Shown here piece after piece: positions 61,401-64,000 of a stretch of DNA of 64,000 bases. Below the pieces are notes generated by a model. It searched no databases and was not told where the DNA came from. It worked only from the letters and a program-made list of their open reading frames with translations. Where the stretch lies: positions 8,556,001-8,620,000 of the forward strand of contig OZ176051.1 of NCBI GenBank assembly GCA_964247055.1. Direction: 5' to 3'. This stretch comes from Paragordius varius. Its lineage: Eukaryota; Animalia; Nematomorpha. The position numbers were made by a program, and so were the translations under genes. The first letter of the stretch is position 1. Each line of letters starts with the position of its first letter.

Positions 61401-63618
61401 ACTTTTACATTATTAAAAATATAAAAAATGTCAGTTATTACAAATATTTTAATCATTTATTGTATATAGACTTATGGAATTAATACAGGTCAAAAATGCT
61501 ACCCAACTTAAATTATATTATTATATATGGAAAAATATTCTTAAAAAAGACAAAATTTACCTAAAATTAAAAATACCCTTATTTTTTAAAATAATATCAA
61601 TAAAATTGTTAATTCAATACCTAACGCATAAAACTTAATCACTTTACTATAAAATATTTTATACTAATTATGAAATAATTTTATAATGAATAAACAAATA
61701 ATTACCATTTTCATCAGCAGTTTTAGGGATTGATACTGGCGAGCCTGTCTCATTTTCAATGTCATTTTTGGACTCTTTACTGCTATTTTTTGTTGGATCA
61801 TTATAATTAATGTTGGTGTCCATATTTTGTTCTTTCCCTTTATTTGGTGTTGACATGAAAGGATTCCATAAAATTAGATTTCCATTCGCACAAAGTGCAA
61901 TTACAACTTTATCTAAAAATGTAAATATCAACTTTATTTAAAAGAATATTTTGTTGGATATGTATATATTTAAGTAGCCGGGTATTTAAATCGATAACTA
62001 CAAATTTTTATCAAAAGTATACGATTTTATAACAATTATCGAATGATTTTATGTAGATAATTTATATTGTAATCAAATGAGTTTCCAACTTTTAAAGATT
62101 ATTAATATATTGTCGAAATAGGATAAACATTTGGGCAACCTAAAATGATAAAAAATAACCATAAATTATACAGGAGTAGTAAAACTAGAAAGTTGTTTAA
62201 ACGATTGATAAAAATTAATTTTCATATGTTAGAAACAATTATTGTTTGTATTATTTTATTCATATAGTTTGGATTTTATATATTATTAAAGGTGGAAAAA
62301 AATTTTGGTGGTTTACATGTTATTTTTTTTTTGTTATAATTAATTTACATTGTACAAAAATAATTAAAGTTACTGCCTGTATTTTTAAAAATTATAAAAT
62401 CAAAAAAACGATGTCGAAAGTAGATCATTTACTACCAAAAAATTTAGAATCATAACCATTTTATCCAAAATACGCTTATTTTAAAAAAATATATTTTATA
62501 TGGAATCAAATATTTCAAAAATTATTGGAGGAAAAATTAAAAACCAGAATTAAAATGTAAAATTCAAAAAAATCAAACCATTATTTTTATCTGGTTCATC
62601 ATGATTTTTTATTGTGACAACTTTAATGCCCCATATGGGATGATTTTCGTTGACTTTTGTGTTATTGGGTAAGGTTATGGCAGATATTGGGATAGTTGGT
62701 GAGTTTATATAACATTCTAAGACAATATCCAAAATGTATATTATACCATTTATTACACTAATTTTTTCTTTTTGATAAATACTTTACTTTTAATGTAAAC
62801 TAATAAATTTTTGAAAATATTTTAACAGTGCTATAACTTGACAAATTATGCATTAGAAGTAAACTCAAAATGTACCATCCATAAAAGAATGAGACTTAAA
62901 TTTGAAGAAAAGAATTATTATAGGCTGATTTTATATTTTCTAATCATTTTTATAAAAACTTTATAACATTCCAATTTTATAATTTAAAAGTCAAAAATAA
63001 ATATATTACCCCAAGATGTATCACCCTCATACTGATCCCAACATGTGGAATCTGTTTTAGATGAGCCCATATTATAAAATGGCGGTACTTTCCAACAAAC
63101 CAACATACCATCTAAACTGCCTGAAAAAAAGTAAGTGTCATCTGTTTCCAATGTACTATCAATGGTTGTATCATCAAAACTAATGGCAAGGATTGGTGCT
63201 CTATGCAATATAAAATTCAAATTTTATTAAATAGCAATTACAAAATAGGCAGTTTCAAACTTTGAATATAACTAAACTAAACAAATTTGATAAAAATAAT
63301 TTGGATTTCGTACTTTTTAAACTCATATTTTCTGTTTAATTTTGGCATTTAAATATAATTATGGAGATGATATAAGGAGAAAAGACAAATATGAAATATA
63401 GAATAATAATTAAGTTTGCCCTAAATAATGTAATATAGGTATATTCATTAAATTGGTCGATAGTAAAAATATATTATAAAATTTATAGACGTCGACACAA
63501 TATTATATTTTATCTTATTATTGGAAAAACATTTATAAAAGGTAGCTAGCTCTAATAATAAACTTACTCGTGATATCGAAATGTTGCAATAGATTCCAAT
63601 TCATTGAATGCGTTTGAC
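58182..63618 (-). CDS. STRN: Striatin-family WD40 scaffold, C-terminal part (5' exons lie beyond window end)
   Basis: Exons (minus): 63618-63568, 63200-~63010, ~62717-~62580, 61912-61706, 60160-59981, possibly 59677-59657, 59488-59393, 59156-59070, 58357-58182. Striatin C-terminus: CHPTLHILVTGHEDKRVRFFD..GSLLNTMNAHLDAVSCLTLDPYGLYLLTGSHDNSIRLWD...CLQEIPCHRKKFDESIH...TAGADAIAKIFV. Two middle exon boundaries are approximate. Confidence 0.9.
58360..58403. repeat. (AT)n microsatellite abutting the last striatin splice acceptor
   Basis: About 21 AT units with one G interruption, directly upstream (minus strand) of AAG|GTCACGAT. Confidence 0.95.
61138..61396. mobile_element. MITE-like element of the TATACCATTTACA family in a striatin intron
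   Basis: 5' TATACCATTTACA and 3' CGTAAATGGTTTA (11/13 inverted). Subterminal ACCCTAA is mirrored by TTAGGGT. Arm is homologous to the 37631-37864 element. Confidence 0.6.
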
Positions 63619-63669
63619 CTTATATAATTATAAAAACAATTTGTTATATATATATATATATATATAGCG

Positions 63670-63864
63670 TGCATTTTAATGGTTATTTCACACTATAGTA
63701 GGGCAACTTGCAACACAGTCGTGTATGGAAAAAACAACAAAATGTTGGATAAACAATTATTTCCTTTCTTTTTTCCATATACTCTTGTGTTGGAAATCGC
63801 CCTCTATAGTGTGAACTAAGCAAATTGCTCTACTATTTGTGAAATAAGCAACCATCAAAATGCA
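63670..63864. mobile_element. Palindromic (foldback/MITE-like) element in a striatin intron
   Basis: Left arm GCATTTTAATGGTTATTTCACACTATAGTAGGGCAACTTGCAACACAG..TGTATGGAAAA is mirrored by TTTTCCATATAC..TGTGTTGGAAATCGCCCTCTATAGTGTGAA and again by GCAAATTGCTCTACTATTTGTGAAATAAGCAACCATCAAAATGC. Confidence 0.6.
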
Positions 63865-64000
63865 TACTGTATAATATAATTTAATTATATTATATAGTTG
63901 TTTAGATATGAAAATCAATGTAATTTAAAAAATTGTATGACAAATTTATAATGTTTAGTATAGTGCAAAATTCTTTTCTTTAAAATTAGTAAATAAAAAT

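Noticed and set aside
60855-62455. Short plus-strand ORFs (60855-61115, 62246-62455) and similar ones at 37668, 39427 and 45252
   Set aside because: AT-rich I/K/F/Y/N-biased frames lying in introns, expected by chance.
33822-63618. Ciliate or other variant genetic code suggested by 23-27-nt introns
   Set aside because: TAA (USP8, FCF1, MPV17, MFS), TGA (RCHY1) and TAG (striatin) all act as stops at the expected C-termini, and no in-frame stops remain after splicing.
32480-64000. tRNA, rRNA or snRNA genes
   Set aside because: No cloverleaf, box A/B or recognisable rRNA/snRNA sequence was seen by eye. Small intronic snoRNAs cannot be excluded without an Infernal search.

Overview
Eukaryotic (animal-type) genomic DNA in two parts. 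(1) 1-~32,470: a tandem satellite of a 35-bp, 80%-purine monomer (consensus AAGAAGAAGGAACTTTAGAAACGGATGAAGGGGAT, roughly 780-790 copies, running off the left edge). It has higher-order repeats at several scales and is interrupted by an intact, very young Ty3/gypsy (Mag-like) LTR retrotransposon at 609-5213 (294-bp LTRs with no difference visible, AGGGG target duplication, one 1327-aa gag-pol ORF). (2) ~33,800-64,000: a very AT-rich, intron-containing gene region with six genes in strictly alternating orientation: USP8(+), MPV17(-), an SLC16/MCT-family MFS transporter(+), RCHY1/Pirh2(-), FCF1(+) and a 5'-truncated striatin(-), plus several small MITE-like elements. Most unusual: nine canonical GT-AG introns of only 23-35 nt that sit at the 5' ends of genes while downstream introns are 85-1000 nt; a 120-bp head-to-head RCHY1/FCF1 promoter; a required GC-AG intron in MPV17; stop-free 3n introns; and a decayed ~150-bp repeat between the satellite and the first gene. 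All gene models were spliced by hand and family assignments come from remembered motifs; no database search was run. The organism is not identifiable from the sequence (a reduced parasitic metazoan such as a myxozoan or dicyemid is a guess).
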